Positions 16,843-17,159 of a DNA stretch of 17,159 nt are shown piece by piece. The notes under the pieces are model-generated. The model had not been told where the DNA came from. It saw only the letters and a program-made list of their open reading frames with translations, and searched no databases. The DNA is from an uncultured bacterium (GTDB taxonomy: Bacteria > Chloroflexota > UBA5177 > JANWHV01): the NCBI GenBank assembly GCA_963827235.1, contig CAWHAE010000004.1:1-17159 (forward strand). Reading direction: 5' to 3'. Position 1 is the stretch's first letter; each line of letters opens with the position of its first letter. The translations under genes and the position numbers were made by a program.

Positions 16843-17006
16843 GCCGGGGCTCCGATCCGGTTGGGCTTGGACAGACGTGGCCGCGTTGCTGGTAGGCCTG
16901 CATCGGCGGGCCACCGCGTACTCCACACGAGTCAGCCGTCGAGCGAGCGACCGGCCGGTAGAGCATCCGGCCCGACGCCGTTCTAGGCCCAGTTGAGGGC
17001 ACGCGC

Positions 17007-17159
17007 GTGGACAAGATAGTGGCACTTCGCCAGGTCGCCGACGAGATCGGCACGTGTGCAGTCTGCCGGGAGGGCGCGAGCGGCAAGGCCGTTCCCGGGG
17101 AAGGTGACCCGGACGCCGCCATCGTCCTGGTCGGCGAGGCGCCCGGCCGCCAAGAAGCA
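17007..17159 (+). CDS. Uracil-DNA glycosylase family 4, 5' partial (runs off the window)
   Basis: Manual translation VDKIVALRQVADEIGTCAVCREGASGKAVPGEGDPDAAIVLVGEAPGRQEA shows CxxC and the GEAPG motif; GAGGG RBS upstream. Not in the ORF track. Confidence 0.85.
   Translation, partial: MDKIVALRQVADEIGTCAVCREGASGKAVPGEGDPDAAIVLVGEAPGRQEA

Noticed and set aside
16843-17006. Gene or ncRNA between DUF488 and udg
   Set aside because: The ATG overlapping the DUF488 stop gives only 18 codons, and no convincing structure or motif is visible.

Overview
GC-rich bacterial window of metabolic, stress and regulatory genes; no rRNA, tRNA, CRISPR or mobile element is evident. Gene order: D-2-hydroxyacid dehydrogenase, CMD-family and DinB-like proteins, a 17-repeat TPR/Sel1-like protein, a pseudo-receiver histidine kinase, a 7Fe ferredoxin, an NnrS-like membrane protein, an N-terminally truncated FrdA/SdhA, a small CxxC protein, a Crp/Fnr regulator, a minus-strand tal-folE-ribD-like-usp-BON operon, a collapsed histidine kinase remnant, and alkA-DUF488-udg. 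The main non-obvious signal is six copies of a CRP/FNR-like palindrome (core TGAC-N4-RTCA). Each copy lies exactly 21 nt upstream of a -10-like nAnnnT hexamer pointing at an adjacent transcription unit, which is class II activator geometry. This suggests a local regulon, probably for low oxygen or nitrosative stress, driven by the resident Crp/Fnr protein. Several genes show deletions or lost ends, two at short microhomologies, which may reflect decay or assembly artefacts. All family assignments come from motif recognition; no database searches were run.
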